From contig JBHGNT010000009.1 of assembly GCA_043228905.1 (NCBI GenBank), positions 2,170,001 through 2,234,000 of the forward strand: a stretch of DNA of 64,000 nt, in the 5' to 3' direction. Positions 1-15,014 of this stretch are shown here, in pieces. This stretch comes from Azolla caroliniana. Lineage: Eukaryota > Plantae > Polypodiophyta. Under the pieces are notes generated by a model. The model saw only the letters and a program-made list of their open reading frames with translations. It had not been told where the DNA came from and did no database searches. The first letter of the stretch is position 1. Every line of letters begins with the position of its first letter. The position numbers and the translations under genes are program-made.

Positions 1-3000
1 ACCTTAGTATTAAGATATGTCATTGTCATTAAGGCACATGCACACCGGTATCTCAAGGACCTTGCCCTTTATTGAAACATCAAGCTCATACATAGATTGA
101 GTGGCATGAATAAATAAGGATAAGAAAGAAGAATGTGGCATCATGTGTTTACAAAATAAGGAGAGTTCAAAGCTATGAGTAGTTAAAAGTCCATCATGAA
201 AAAGGTTTAGTAGATGGGCACAAGATTTAGTACAGAAATGTGATATGTGATGATGATGGAGAGAGAAGAAGAATAAGAAGAAGGCCATTGTGGCCTACGT
301 AACCAAAACAATATCCACCTTATAGCTTGTTTACATGTTTGAGAAACGAGATGTTTATAAGAAATGTGTAAGTGGTCCATTTAAATATTACTACTATGTC
401 ATAATATGACAAAGACAAGTCAATACGAAAGGACCAATGGAATCCAAGAAAAAGGAGCATTGGCTTCACTATGGCAATATATTGGAAGTATTGTCAATTA
501 TAATCATATTGTCATGACTCATGATTATACGGTATACCTATATCTATATAATATATAACATTTGTGGTCACACCAAAACAAAAAGTACTAGCCAACTTGT
601 AATGCACTAATGGGCTATACTAAATGTGTGCATGTATGTTTACATATTTCTCCCAATCATCATGAAATAATCAGGTTAGTTTAGAGTATTGTCAATATAT
701 AGCTCATCTCCTCTCATCCTCCATCATTCCACTCTATTAATGGTCCCTCGGGTCCATTGGTTGATTCTATATTTAAACACATGACTATTCTACAATTCCT
801 CTTTGTCAAGGAGATTTATTTCTTGTCCTTGGCTAATTAAAATATGCTTCTCTTCCCTGTAAGTAAATAAAATGAATGAACATCTCATCTTTAAAGCCAT
901 GTTATGCATCAAATATTGTACAAACATGTGTTTAATTGTAATTTTGGTGCATGGAATATCCAACGAGTTTTGTTGCTTTGTTTTTATTCTACCATTTACG
1001 ATTTTATAACATACATGTTAGAGGGAGAGATGGATACAATGAGATACACTTCGCTCAAAAACATACATATATACATAATAACCATAAGAAATATAGAAGA
1101 AAAGTAGATATAATCAAACCCCTTGTATATTATTTAGATTGAAACCCCTTATATATTATTTAGAGGTTTTAATAGGTATAACCATGTTGGGATGATTGAG
1201 CACATGGCATCACTAGGCAATGGGTCTTGGCCTAAGATTATGTTCAATGTGTATTTTTGCATGGACTTCTTTTATCTAGTTCTTATATTAAGTGTGAATA
1301 AACATTAGTACATATGTACAACACGTATTAATTCAATTGATGTCCATATATCCATGACCATAAACCACATTGTGTCCAGTATTGACGCACATAGTCAGTT
1401 GACGATGACGTGATACTGTCAAAACTCACTCACTAGCTCATTGTCGGTCATACATGTCGCCACTTTTCAAGTAAGGCTAATCATTGATTCCAACAATCAA
1501 AGTGTTAACAACATCTCTCACGTGTTTGAAATGTTTGGAAATGCCATAACCCTATTCAAGCTTACCTTGATAAAGACCATGTGATCATTGTAGGCATCGA
1601 ATCTTGATGATAAAAATGTCAAATGACTATAAATATGATACGAAAGCTCATGAAACCAACATTGGCTTCAAAATTATCCAACCATGATCATGTGCATAGT
1701 AAGGCTAGAATTATTGGTGATGCAGTGGTACCACACCCTAACATTGATAATCCAGAGCATAAGCTCGTTACAGCCAAGTTCGATCAAATCATCATATGAC
1801 AATTAGTAGCATGGTCATACCGTCATTCTTAGCTATTGAAATCGTATGCTATTGTTGATTTTACATATACATATGTGCACCAACAGGGTTTGTATATCGT
1901 AAGCGTAATACTTGTATGGTATACCAAATTTAAGACTCGGTGATCCTATGTTCAAGAAAGCAACAATTTTTAATGAGTAGATTCGATAGCACACCATAGA
2001 GTTGTATACATAAAGATGAGGGAGAACAATATATGGCTTTGTGATGATTTATTCCAAAGAGTCAAAGGACACAGATACCAATATAAAGAACAAATAATAG
2101 CAATACTCATACACATCATCAATAGTCACAACTCTATGATGCCAAAATAATTGTGCACCAACATGGTAGGCCCACCTCTAAAAATGCCACAAATACGGGT
2201 GATAAGAAATAGAACTTTTTTGGTGAATAACATCTATATCCTAAAAGTAAAGTGACAAAGTTATGGATAATCTTTTAAGTATCCCGTCCACACACGAATG
2301 AGAGGTCTTTACTTTACTTTACTAAACTTCTAAAGACGTCAACCACTCTAAAGCCCGACACCAAATAATGTACCTTGGCTTGATATGACTTCTCTAATAG
2401 GAATATGGCAAATATGGTACCTTATTGCCCCTAGATAACTAGACTTTTAATCAATCCATTGTGCATTGTGGGTACATGGATATTATTGGGTTTCTTGCTT
2501 CCATAGAACCTCCTTCACTATACATGGTGGATTTTTTATAGCACATGTTGAGCTGAAACAGTTCAACATGACTATATGTCATCATCCATAAGATAGCAAC
2601 AATACTAAACATTATTGTATGCATAAGAAAATATATTGTAATTCAACACATGTATTAGGTATTCATAAAAACCTTGGTGCAAGGGTTATGTCAAATTTAT
2701 GGTCACTTCAACTTTTGTTTGAATGCTCAAGCTTTATCACCTAAAATCGACCAAATGCCTGAATGCCCTTGGGCTAAATAGTATTCAACACAATTGAGAA
2801 AGATATATGCAAAGGCCCGAGTACTAACTATGCCACATTCTCAATAAGCATGGTCTTCAATTCTATCTCTCTACACCCAAGATGCCGATTTCCTAGTTTC
2901 AAGGCAATTTTGAAAAAATGTGCATGCTTACAAATGTAAATGAATCATATACGTCCCACATTTTCTTTGATTTTCCAACTATCGTAAAAGGTGTGAAATC

Positions 3001-4471
3001 AGTTGTTGTTTTCGAATAATGTATTTGGCAAATTGAACTTGAACTAGGCAATTGGATCTCTTATTTACGGTCTTGATATCCAAAATACATTAGGCCACGC
3101 AAACTAGTGTGTAGATTAGGTTGTTGGAGCAACTAATGACCCATAACCAACCATATGTTCGAAAGACATGTTCTACTATATTTTTGTACATTTATGTTCA
3201 AATACATTGTAGATATAACATGGTTTTAGTTGATACCTTAAATAGATTTATTCACTCTAAATCATTTAAATCTCTAGAAACCTTGACCTTTGTAGGTTCT
3301 ATGGGTTTTTCTTAAGTAGTTAACTTGTCAATATTCTTCTATCAACCCAATAGAAAAGTTTTCTTCAATATTTAACCCTATTAAAATCTAATTTGGATGT
3401 ATGCTATAGACGATTATATAATCATTTGGCTTTAATAAAAAGAATTCATGATAGTACATATTTGGAGGGGGACGCTTATAATTGCATTGTGTGCATTTGA
3501 TAGAACACTGATAATGGAATGGTTTACTAGGGGTAGAATCGTTTTCATAAACGCAAAATAATTATTGCAAGAACGAAACAAGTCCCACTCAAATTTACAT
3601 AATCAAATGATGTGATGGGGATCTCGATCTGGCCACACATGGTGTGACCCGTGAGGAGGGGTTTGCATGTGTGTCCGGACGATCCGAGTTCCAGTGAGTG
3701 TGTGCACTTTGCAATGAATCGATCACATGGCTATGTATATGTATACAGACTAATACAGTATATGTACATATATGTAGCAATGGACACTGAAGTGAGCTCA
3801 GTAACACTATTCTTAATTAGATCTCCAGTAGAAAGGATGTCCTCATCACTCTATATATTAATCATTCAATTAATTAAAAAGGGGGGGGGGGGATTCTATT
3901 CTTTTTATAAAAATAAAATAAAACAAAAACAAATAAATAAATGAGGAATCGATCAAACAAGAAAAAAATGACGGAAAAAAACATTTCGGTGGGCGGGCCC
4001 CCCCCCTCCCCATCCCATCCCTTGCCTTACAATTTTCTCGATTTTTTAAAAAATTCCTATTTTCCTCCTTTTCTTTTTCATTTTTTGCTTTTTTGTCGAA
4101 GAGGTTAATTATCCTGCCGATCTCATGAGTTTCAGATCTCCTTTTATTTTTTATTTCTATTCCACATCTTCTCTGTCCGCTCGCTCGATTCAGATCTTGA
4201 AATTCTACTTCATTTCAATTACTGATGACTGACCACCACGACGACGGCACAGTGAATAAGGATTGAAATCGAATACATACCGAGAGAGAGAGAGAGCTTC
4301 TCTCTCCTAACAACTGCGGCTAGATCTAATCTTTCATAAAATCAATCAATCATTCCATGGCAATAAGCTCGAGCTCACAGTAGTAGTTATTATCACTCTG
4401 GCAATAGCAGTAGTTAGCTGCGCAGAGCTATATATATATATATATATATATGTATTAAAATCAAGCAAGAG

Positions 4472-6168
4472 ATGGATTTCTTGATGCTGCTCTGCCACAG
4501 CCGGCGATGGAGGTGGAACCTTGGACTCTATTCTTCGTACCTCACTCTCACGACGATGGTGCTTCTTCTTCTAATTTCACGTAAAGTAGCAGAACTCAAA
4601 TTGAAATTGGACCTTTATTTGTTAGTTTCTTCTTTATTTCTTCTTACATAAAAATCTATCCCGCCGCGTCTTCATACCCTATTAAAAATTGGTTAATCAG
4701 AATTATGAATGTGTAGTAAGTTGGGGTTGATTAGTGGCGCATTGGATAACTAATTAGGATTAATGTAGATTAATTGTGGCATCAGTGTGCAGCTCAAAGA
4801 GTGAAGTATTAGAATTAGGAGCTTGGCGTCAGGTAGATTATGTTAAAAAAGTAAGGTGGGGGGGATGGATTCTTTAAATTTGTGGGAGGGCCTTTCTAAT
4901 CACGCGATTAATTCGTTGTGGTAGGGCTGGATGGGGTAGCTGCAGGAGCGCAGTGGACGACACTGGGGATCAACTACGGGATGGTAGCCGATAATCTGCC
5001 GCCACCGACAGAGGTGGTCAAGATCCTGCAGTCCATGTCCGTGAGCCAAACCCGGATCTACAACGCGGACCCACAGGTGCTGCGGGCGTTCGCGAACACA
5101 GGGATCTCAGTCGTGGTGAGCATCGGCAACGAAGACGTGTCGGGCATGACGGACACGGCATACGCCTCCCAATGGGTGGAAGCCAACGTGGGGAAGTTCT
5201 ACCCGGCCACCATTATCTCGGGGATTCTGGTGGGCAACGAGGTCTTCTCGGGCGAGGACGCCCGCCTAATGGCCGACCTAATCCCGGCCATCCACAACAT
5301 CTACGCGGGGCTGAAGAGCCAGGGGCTGCACCGGGACATCTTCGTGTCCACCGCCCATTCCTTGGCCGTCCTGGGCACCTCCTACCCGCCGTCCGCCGGC
5401 CAGTTCGCGGCCGGCGCCGCCCAGCCGCTGGCGTCGCTGCTAGGCTTCCTGGCCGACACGCAGGCGCCCTTCATGATCAACGCCTACCCTTACTTCGCGT
5501 ACAAGGCGGACCCAGGGGGAGTCTCCCTCCACTACGTGCTGTCGTCTTCGTCGTCAGAGAGCGGTGGTAGCAGCAGCACGCCGGTGGGTACCACCACCGC
5601 CGAGGTGCTGACGAGCAGCGCCGCCGTCAGCACCGTGACCGACCCCAGCACCGGCCTGGTTTACACAAGCATGCTGGACGCTCAAGTGGACGCCGTCTAC
5701 GCCGCCATCGCCGCCGCGGGCTTCGGCGGAGGAGGAGGAGGAGGCGGGGTGAGCGTGATCGTGTCGGAGACGGGATGGCCGTCGTGGGGCGACCCGGAGG
5801 AGGCGGGCGCCAGCGTGGGCAACGCGCAGGAGTACAACGCGAACCTGGTGGCGCGGCTGGCGTCGGGGCGGGGCACGCCGGCGCACCCGGCGGCGCCGCT
5901 CACCGCCTTCATCTTCGCGCTCTTCAACGAGGACCAGAAGCCCGGCCCGACGTCGGAGCGCCACTACGGCCTCCTCTACCCCAACGGATCCCGCGTCTAC
6001 GACGTCGGCCCTACCTCCTATTCCTCCTCCTACTCCTCCCTCTACGCCTACGCCACCATGTCCTCCTCCGCCGCCGCTCCTCCGCCGCCGCCGCCGGATC
6101 TACGCAGGATCGCGCTCCCCTTCCTCTTCCTCTTCCTCTTCTTCTTCCTCCGCATGCCCGCATCATAA
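4472..6168 (+). CDS. Glycoside hydrolase family 17 endo-1,3-beta-glucanase, probably GPI-anchored; exons 4472-4580 and 4925-6168
   Basis: GH17 motifs GINYG...NLP, VGNE, INAYPYF, VSETGWPS and FALFNEDQKPGPTSERHYGL. Signal-peptide exon 1 joins by a phase-1 GT..AG intron, typical of GH17. Hydrophobic C-terminal tail; no X8 domain. Confidence 0.93.
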
Positions 6169-6231
6169 TACATACCTAATTCATCAACACACATTACATT
6201 CTTTGTCTCTCTATTCTGAACGAACAGAAGT

Positions 6232-6470
6232 CTGTTGCGTCTCTGCGTCTATGTCTCTGCGTCTGCGTCTGCGCCTCTCTCTGTGTGTCTGTGTGTGTGT
6301 GCCATTACGACTATAGAGAGCGTGTGCAGGTGTGTGTCTGCGTCTTGACTGAAGTCTCTTGCGGTCTCTGTGTCTGCGTATCTGCGGCTATGTCTGTGTG
6401 TCTTCGTCTCTCTGTGTGTCTGTGCCTGTGCGTGCCATTGCAATTTGCGAGTAGAGAGAGAGAGAGAGTT
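6232..6470. repeat. Low-complexity (TG/TC/GA) microsatellite-like tract 3' of the GH17 gene
   Basis: Degenerate GTCTGT/GTCTGC runs ending in (GA)n. Confidence 0.7.
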
Positions 6471-7139
6471 CTAATGGACGCTGGCCATAACACACGTCCA
6501 TTTACGTCCTCGGGCCATAATAAGAAATTAGAAGAAAGAAAAGATACATATATTAACGTCTTCTATGAGGCCAAAATGGCCTTGTATAAGACCCAAAGGA
6601 AGTGGTGACTTATGATGGCCATATTATGCTCCATCCCACCACTCTTGAGCCCCCTTTGGTAGGACCGGCTAATTACAAATGGCGTGCGTGCGTTGTTTGT
6701 TTGTAGCTTTGTTTCTCGCACTCTCGATGGTTTCACACATACCCTCCCCTCCCATTTCGGACAATCGTATTGTATCAAAGTGAGCATTTTGTTTTTTGTT
6801 GGCTTTTTTGAGTGCTCTCTTTCTTAAGGCTTTCCGGCACATGATGAATTCACATTATCGAATATGCTTTACGGCACTTGTGCTCCGTTTTCATGCACCC
6901 CCATGGTTTCACGTACCTCCCATTTCGGACAACCTTATTTGGGGAGTAGTTTGTAAGTGTTTGAATGCCTTTCCACGCTTTTCTAGAACATGACGAATTC
7001 ACACCATCGAATGCTTTATACTAACTCTTTGGAGTTTTAGTCACACATCATGCATGGTGACCATTTATTTAATTGTGAAAATGACATTCATTTTTTTTCA
7101 CGGCATTGGCACAAAGATTTGTAATGATTTCTCGCTTTT

Positions 7140-7535
7140 CGAGGCCAACCTGACAATAAAGATTAATACATACAAAGTCCTAATACTTCCCACAAATGAA
7201 AGGAAATACATTGACACATATCGAAGAGTACCAAGGGTTGAAGCAATGATATTTCGCTTTTGAGGGCCATTCTAATAATAAAGATTAATATACAGAGGGT
7301 CATATACTTCCCACAAGTGAAACGAAAGGCATTGACACATATCTAGAGTACCAAGGGTTGAAGTGATGATATTTCTCTACTAAAGGTCATTCTAATAGTA
7401 CGGGTTAATATGCAAAGGGTCATAAACTTCCCGTAAATGAAACGAAAGAGTACTCATATGATGAATAGTAAAGATGAATATACAAACAGGTAATCAACTT
7501 CCCACAAATGAAACAAAAGAGTACGCATATGACGA
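7140..7535. repeat. Degenerate tandem repeat, about 119 bp x 3-4
   Basis: CTTCCCACAAATGAAA-like and GAGTACCAAGGGTTGAAG cores recur at about 119-bp spacing; the last copy is shorter. Confidence 0.8.
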
Positions 7536-8154
7536 AGTCGACCTGTATCTGGTTTGCCACAATATCACGTCACATGCGAACCTTGTGGGCCCTTATAACT
7601 GGCATGTTGAGCATGGTAAGTTTTTGAAGAATCAAAATGATGGCATTGAAAGGACGTAATTGGTCCCGAGTGGATGTGACCTATCTCCAAATAATTATGT
7701 ATTACAAACCATGATATGGGACTATGCATTATAAATTGTGGACCTTACCAATCTTTCCTGGTTTCCTTGAGTTCATAAAAATATTTCATGAATGATCCCA
7801 TGTCAATTCCTTCATTTTTTGTTTTATGCTTTCGACTAAAGTTTCGTATTCTTGTCCCACTCAATAAGTGGTCCATCATGACACTATACGTCCAAATTTA
7901 TTGTCAAATATTAGTCAATCTTATCAATTCTTGTCTTGTGAAAATGGCCCCTTACTCCTCTCAAGTCAGGCCTCCGAGAAATAGCTTGGTGGAAATGAGA
8001 TCTAGTGAATATTATGTCATTGAGTCTAATGAATCAATCGTAGCATGCCCTCTACCCCAGGGTAATATATATATATATATATATATTTCCAACAACGGTT
8101 TATATCGTGTCTAAAGTGATTTAAATGATACATGGAATTTCCAAATATTCTTAA

Positions 8155-8412
8155 CAACTTCATGATGGATTTTTTACATTTTTCAATTGCTCTTAGGCTA
8201 CCACAAACATTCATTAGTGGACCACATTTTGCATACATATGTACCAAAGTATTGCTAAGTACAATAAAACATGTTTTTCTAACAATTCCTTGTCAATGAT
8301 CTCCTCATGAACTTCCTTTCCTTTATCAATTGCTTGTACATGGCCACATGCCTCATGTCGGTGGAGGAAATACCCAAAGAGGTGGTTGATACCTCCAACG
8401 TATACAACCATT
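8155..8412 (-). mobile_element. 3' fragment of a degenerate LINE-like repeat, same family as 27740-27910
   Basis: The reverse complement carries CCACCTCTTTGGGTATTTCCTCCACC.ACATGAGGCATGTGGCCATGTA, also found near 27773-27821. Confidence 0.6.
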
Positions 8413-8734
8413 AAACATGAATTGTCCTTTTAAATATTATGTGATGATATGCTCTTAAGAACCATGTATACTCCATTATCCATTATTGTGTTGATTAGTT
8501 GCCTCCAAAAGTGTATGTTAGTAACTTATTTTCTTGTACAACCTTTCAATGATTTCTTAATACTACATAATGTTGTATCTTTTTTATGCAAAAAAAAAGT
8601 TGACACTGCCTAGTTTATTGTGTGTAATATCAAGAGATAAATGACAATTGTCCACGTGAATGAACAATGTTTTGTCTTCGAAGAGAAAACAATATGTTTT
8701 CTTATTATGTGTGCTATTATTCAACAAGGGCATA

Positions 8735-8908
8735 TTATGATAAGTTTATAGGTTGATGATAGAGTCATGACATGTTTTTAGCACAACATGATTACAAAGA
8801 ATAACATTATGATAAGTTGATGATACGAGTCATAACATGTTTTTAGCATAACATGATTACTAAGCATAACATTATGATAAGTTGAGTCATGACATGTTTT
8901 TAGCATAC
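8735..8908. repeat. Tandem repeat, about 55-65 bp x 3
   Basis: GAGTCAT(G/A)ACATGTTTTTAGCA occurs three times. Confidence 0.8.
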
Positions 8909-10739
8909 ATGCACATCATTGCCCATCTCAAAACACGAATAATAGGGAAATGTCTACGAAGTGATAATTAAGGGGTTTGTAAAGGTAAACAACTTTCATT
9001 TGATCCCAAAATGTCCTCCACATATAATCAAAGTTTGTCGATTTGAACGCCATTAAAGTAATAAAACAATAATAGGAAACGTGTATTCATGGTCTATCTT
9101 TATCCATGTCTTTGTGTGTGCCTCGAAAGTGAATAAACCAAACATTGTTGCCCCTAATGACACGAGGTTTATGCCTACTGTATGATTACTTTAAAGCATC
9201 AAATAAGCTTGCATAAAAATGTTTTATGAGTTCTACATTGCATTTAACAATAGAGTTGTCTAGCGCTATATCATAAATTTGTGTGCATTGTGTTGTAGTT
9301 GCTTGCAACAGTGTATCACCATGTGATGATAATAGTAAGTATACCAAATTTAGTCTTTGGTGTTTTCAATGCATTTTCCATGTTAAAAAGCAAAAGAAAT
9401 ATTATTAGAATGAGGATTGATGTGATCGTCTTTCGAGAGTTTGAACTCCAAGTCTCAGAAAATTACTACAGCATGCTTATAAATGTTTTTAGTTTTGGAA
9501 AGTATACTTTGCTTATTTTCAAAATACCTACATTTACATGATTTGATCAAAGACGATGCTCTTAATGCACACACCAAATTGCATTAAGCATGTAATTGTA
9601 CGTTAGGAAATGCATACACTATGTTAATTTATAATGATTAGAACATTGTTTCTTAATAGCTATAATGTTAAATTATTAACCATTAATGTACGTGATCATT
9701 GACATCAAGGGAGGAACATTTACTTGTTCAAATTGTGATACATCAATAAGCAATCATATTTTGGGTATAGTTAGGTTTTGTAATAGGTGAACATGTTAGT
9801 GTATAATTTTTGGGAAAAGAACATTGAAAATCTTCGTCTTCTTTAGATGGGTCATTTTGCCCCAAAAGGTGTTTTAGTTGAGTTGAAGCCAGCACACGAC
9901 GACACAAGAGTCCATCGATGCCTTAGGAAAATATCAATATTATTTCTAAACCATCACCTTTGAGCACTCACTAAAAATGTTACTCCAACTACTTAAAACA
10001 AATATTTATTAAGTGAATGTGATCCCATCGAACATATGTATATGTAGTTTCTCTAATAAATTCCTACATATCTATGGTATTTCCCCACAATTTCTTGCAC
10101 ATAATTTTTAGTTTTGGTAATTTCAGTTGAGTGGTAACGATTTAGCTCCTTTTTAATGTATCTTAACCTTTGTGCTACCTTCTTTTGTTTACCATAAATT
10201 AATATATCACCCCTCAATAAAAGGAAAGAAACTTGACCCCTTAGTAAAGAAAATTAATTTGTTGAACGTGGAATGTTTTGTTTCCTTCTTGTGTGAGGAC
10301 AACATAAGTGCACGCAAATGTATATGTATATATGTATGTATACATCCATATACGTGGCACGATTACCTTCATTGCAATCCTACTAACAAGACACTCAATC
10401 TTCCCCCAACCATTCATATATATAGTCATCTCCCTATACTACATTTTCATAGTGTTTGCACATGAGGATTCCCTACTCTTTATTAACAAGGCCATACATT
10501 GACCACCAAGTAGGTTGTATACAATTTGACATGATCATATAACTACACCATTATAGTCCTCACACATCATTTACTTAAAATTTATGGTATTTTTGCTTGA
10601 TCCTGTAAATTGAAACATAAAATGGAAACTCAATTATTTACTAAAACAAATCTCAAACACTCATGATGCTTTTCTTTCGTAGCACACAACTTTATATAGC
10701 TCCAATTACCATTCTTACCATATTTTCACCTTTGCTATA

Positions 10740-12373
10740 TTGTGTTCAATATATCTATGCATTCTAATCATATGGCAATCATCCAAAGAATGACTTATAT
10801 TCTTGCCATCTTTACTCAAGGAGCTTCAGAGAGGAGGCACGAAAGCAATGAACGTCATATCGAAAACCTCAATGTGACCACAAAAATGGGAACATCTATA
10901 AGAGACAACTAAAATATGAAATTAAAATATCTAAATCCTTCGGAAGAGGGCATTTCTCAATAGATGTAAGTTCTTCTAGCTTTCGCCTCCTTTATTAATA
11001 TCCCTCTATCTAGAGAATGAGAATATTGAATCATACAAACTTTGCTAAAAGGGTTGTTACTACAAAAAGAAAATTGGTGTACGATCTATACTCTATTTTG
11101 ATGAAATTTGTGCATATTCATGGCAAACTGATGTGGAATCGTCAATTTGGCAAATGGCATTGCAACATCCAGTGAGAATGATTGGTAAATCTGGTAAAAG
11201 GTGAATTTTAGATCCTTCTCCTTCTAATAGTATGTTATTTTGCCAACTATGGGTATTTAAAAAACAGTCGTTGTTGGACTTGCATCAAGATCCATCAGAT
11301 TATCTTTGGAAACATACAAATCCTTCGTCTCATACTAAATTTGTTCAGTTTTTTCAATAATTCGTGAAGTTGGAACGAATGTTGCTCTTAAGTAGGAAAT
11401 TGCATTTGCCATCTGCTATAAAAGTGTGGTTGGTGAATGGGGCCTCTTTAATGGATGCATCTAAATATTGGAAGTGGTTATGGAATATGCAAAATCCCAT
11501 GAAAAATGTACTTTTTCGTTGGTTATTGATCAATTATCCACTACCGGTTTGGGCTTGGTTATGGCAACTAAATAGTAAGTTGTGTGGATGTATGATGGAA
11601 TCAATTAAGCATGTATTATGGTCTTGTCCTAAAATTATGCAAGTATGAAAGAGAGTATTAAGGCTCATGATATTGATACATGCTAATTGTATGATCACTT
11701 GGGGTGTGGTTAGGTGGAACATTCTAGAGGATATAGTGGAAGCCTTTCACATAGTTCCTCCTCGTATACAAATAGTTCAACCTTTTCTAATTGATAGTTT
11801 GCAATTTGGGGATGATATTATTTGGAAGCCAATTTCATCTATTCTAATGTGGGTAATTTGAAGGCACGATGTACATCAGTTTTTGACAACGTCACTCATG
11901 ATGTTTCTGTTATAATTGTTGAATTATGGTTGTTACTTATTCATACATTACAAGGTCATTACGAAAGTTTTACAGGCAATGTTGATGTCATTTTCAGGAA
12001 GCAAATGCATTTTAAAAGGTCATGGGATTCAATGCTCATTTTTAGGGAAGATGGAGATCACATAATATGGATGTATATTGCTCTTGTCATTTTGGGAAAC
12101 AATGTCTACTAACTTTGTTTATGGATTCTGTTGCTATAAATGTTTGGTGGTATAGGTTACATTGCATGCTTAGTTGCAGTTTGGGAGGAGTATATCATAA
12201 AAATATTAGAGATATGGTGTACAAATATGTGTAGTTCTTGTATATACACATAAAATCGGCTATGATGTGAGCACAATGGAGTCGGTTGCTATGAATATTC
12301 GTTTATCCAACACAACTTTTGTATTTCTTATAATTTTATAATACCAAAGCCTATCTCTTTCGGGAAAAAAAAA
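10740..12373 (+). mobile_element. 5'-truncated degenerate L1-type non-LTR retrotransposon (zf-RVT region)
   Basis: ORF 11364-11648 reads YWKWLW...FRWLL...LPV...ESIKHVLWSCP, resembling zf-RVT. It is broken by stops and frameshifts, and there is an A-run near 12365-12373. Confidence 0.75.
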
Positions 12374-13415
12374 TACGATATTCTTTTATTTGTGGAAATT
12401 AACAATGGGACATTAGTGCACAATCCTAGTTTAAGAATCTTCATACATTACTAGCAAATACAGAAAATGTAATGTTGCATATAAACTTTAAATATTTAAA
12501 TTTTAGGATTAAAGTTTCTCTTTTATGTTATGCCAGGAGCAAGTTAGATGGGCCTTTACAATGAGACCGTAAGTCTTTTATTTCATAATTAGGTATGAAT
12601 AAATGAATAAACATCAATAAAATATATTGAAACAAATTCAAAGGAATCATTTAGGTCAAACAACGACGTATTACCTAACACAACAGTTGGTATGGAAAAC
12701 AACTTAGAGTGACGTCCCACCAAGATTTGCTAGCTTTAAATAAACGTTGTATTTCCTCTACAACAGCTGAATTCATAATTTTTTTGAAACAATCAAAACA
12801 CTACCTTTGGGGGAAAGCATAAGACACAAACTCCCAAAATTATGGTGTTTGAGATTTTTGTCTTTCCGAATGCTACTATTTGCTAGCATGATGTGGGTCT
12901 TAATAGAGGTTAATGAACAAGAGCTTCTAACTTCAACTTCAACAACCTAGAAACTTGCAAATGTATGACCTAATATTGTTTTTGTTACATATGGAATCTA
13001 ACAATGAATGAATATTTTGAAACATGGAGCTCATGTGGGTTTGAAAAACATTGAATCTAGGGCTACTTTAGATATCCCAATGTGAGGTACAAAGGATTTG
13101 AGTTTGCTCAAAATTGACAAACAAAAAACATGTGTATTTAACTCTTGTATTCAAGAGTCAAGGCCGTCTATACTCTAGAAGATGAAATTGACATAAAAAT
13201 GCATATTTGAGGAGAGACCTTGGAAATAAGTGACTATTGAATATGAATTCCAATCTTGAATGGAGCGGAAGATTAACCAAATTTATCCATACTATTACAA
13301 GAAAGGAAAATATCATAAACTTGGTGAAACAAATGGTCGCATGCTTCCATGACCACTGGTGTAAGATAGGAAAGAACTTAGTATAAGAGGAAAGAATGTA
13401 GGAATTGAAAGTACA

Positions 13416-13417
<2 letters not shown>

Positions 13418-13451
<34 letters not shown>

Positions 13452-13467
13452 TCTCCCTCTCTCTCTC
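13418..13467. repeat. (CT)n microsatellite
   Basis: Seen directly. Confidence 0.9.
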
Positions 13468-15014
13468 AAAAAGTAATATACTAATCAATAAATATATTGA
13501 GGTACAATGAATATGAATGCAATATCATATTGACTCACCACCAAACCCACAATCTAGCCCATTACATCCCTAATCTTTGCATATCTCATAATAGTCGTAC
13601 ATTGTTTGATGGGAAAACAATCAACAACACAAACGCAAATGTCAGACGCTCTTATGTGCACAACCGTAAAGAGGAAAATTTCTAAAGTGCCACGACACAT
13701 GGCAAGCACATGTGTGATGGCATGAGGAACTAGGGTGCAAGTATAAAAGAGGAGTAACTAACCTCATTTGAGAGAGGAATATCTCTGTCATAACTTTGTT
13801 GAGACATCAATGGTGTGGCAAGGCTCTTGCTGACGATATCACTTGGTGAACTTTCGTCCAAGGTATGACCTTAGGAAATATTCAATGGTATGGGGATGGT
13901 GCTTAAGGTTCATCTCAATTCGTTTGCTTGGGGGTAGTTGGGAGTACACAAGCCCTTAATCCATTCTTTTCTTAATTGTTTTTTTTTTAATCATTAGTTT
14001 TATCTTTAATTGATGTGATGATTTGGAAGCGTACAAATCAATAATTCCTAGTGTATCAACCTCTAAGAATTCTCCAAGCCAACAATCAATAAACTGGGAT
14101 GGTTCGATCAATGCCACAATCTCCATAGTATGATCTAGGAGAAAATGGTGTGAAGATCAATGAAACATGAAGGATGAAGTTGAGATGAGCAATGTGATGT
14201 AAGACAATGAACAAGTCATGAGTTAGAGTAGATCAATGGGTGATTAGTCATAACACCTTGAGCTTACGATGGCATGAACAAGAGTGAAAACATGAAGGAT
14301 GGGGGTAAGAGAAGCAAGTAGATGCAAGATGATGAAAGGATGAGTTGAAGTAGATTGACGAGTGTTTTGTTAGATATATCTAACACCTTGAGCTTTGATT
14401 AGACAATTGGTCGTGAAGAGACAAAGAAAAAGGAGAAGGATAGTAGGAGAATGACCCCACAAAAGACTTGGAGAAGGTAGTGACCTCAAACGTGAGGAAA
14501 TGAGAAGTGGAGAAACCTACATGGGGCCATATAATGAAGATCTAAGTGAGCTTCTTTGTAGATTCAAGCATGAGTTGACAAGTGTCTCTCATGAAAGAAA
14601 AGGTTGAGGTGAGATGGGCCCATAGGGTATGAAGAGGGATAAATCTCACAAAACACTTAGTGCTACCATGGAAATGATCTTAGGGACAAAAGAGACAAGG
14701 GCAATATATACATTCGACTCGAGGAGTATACTTGCAGGAAAAGGTAGCTAACTACAATGAATCAAGTTCCCCAAAGGGGACAACTTTCAAGTATCACTAC
14801 CTATCACCAATGGCAAAAACCATGTAATACGTTAACATATAAAAGCATTTACATCTCCACTCTATGCAATTGTGGAAGCCTCAAATGCACCTGAAGTAAA
14901 ATTAAACTTAACATATACCTAATTACGATGCCCATTAAGAACATGTTTGTCTTAGTTAAATAGATAATTACTAAATAAGAAATATATGAGATGTCTCAGT
15001 CAAATAAATAATTA

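Noticed and set aside
1400-3100. Possible decayed transposase or retroelement coding sequence, similarly 55200-56000
   Set aside because: No diagnostic motif could be read with confidence.
5172-6179. Long alternative-frame and antisense ORFs over the GH17 gene
   Set aside because: Expected from the scarcity of stop codons in GC-rich sequence.
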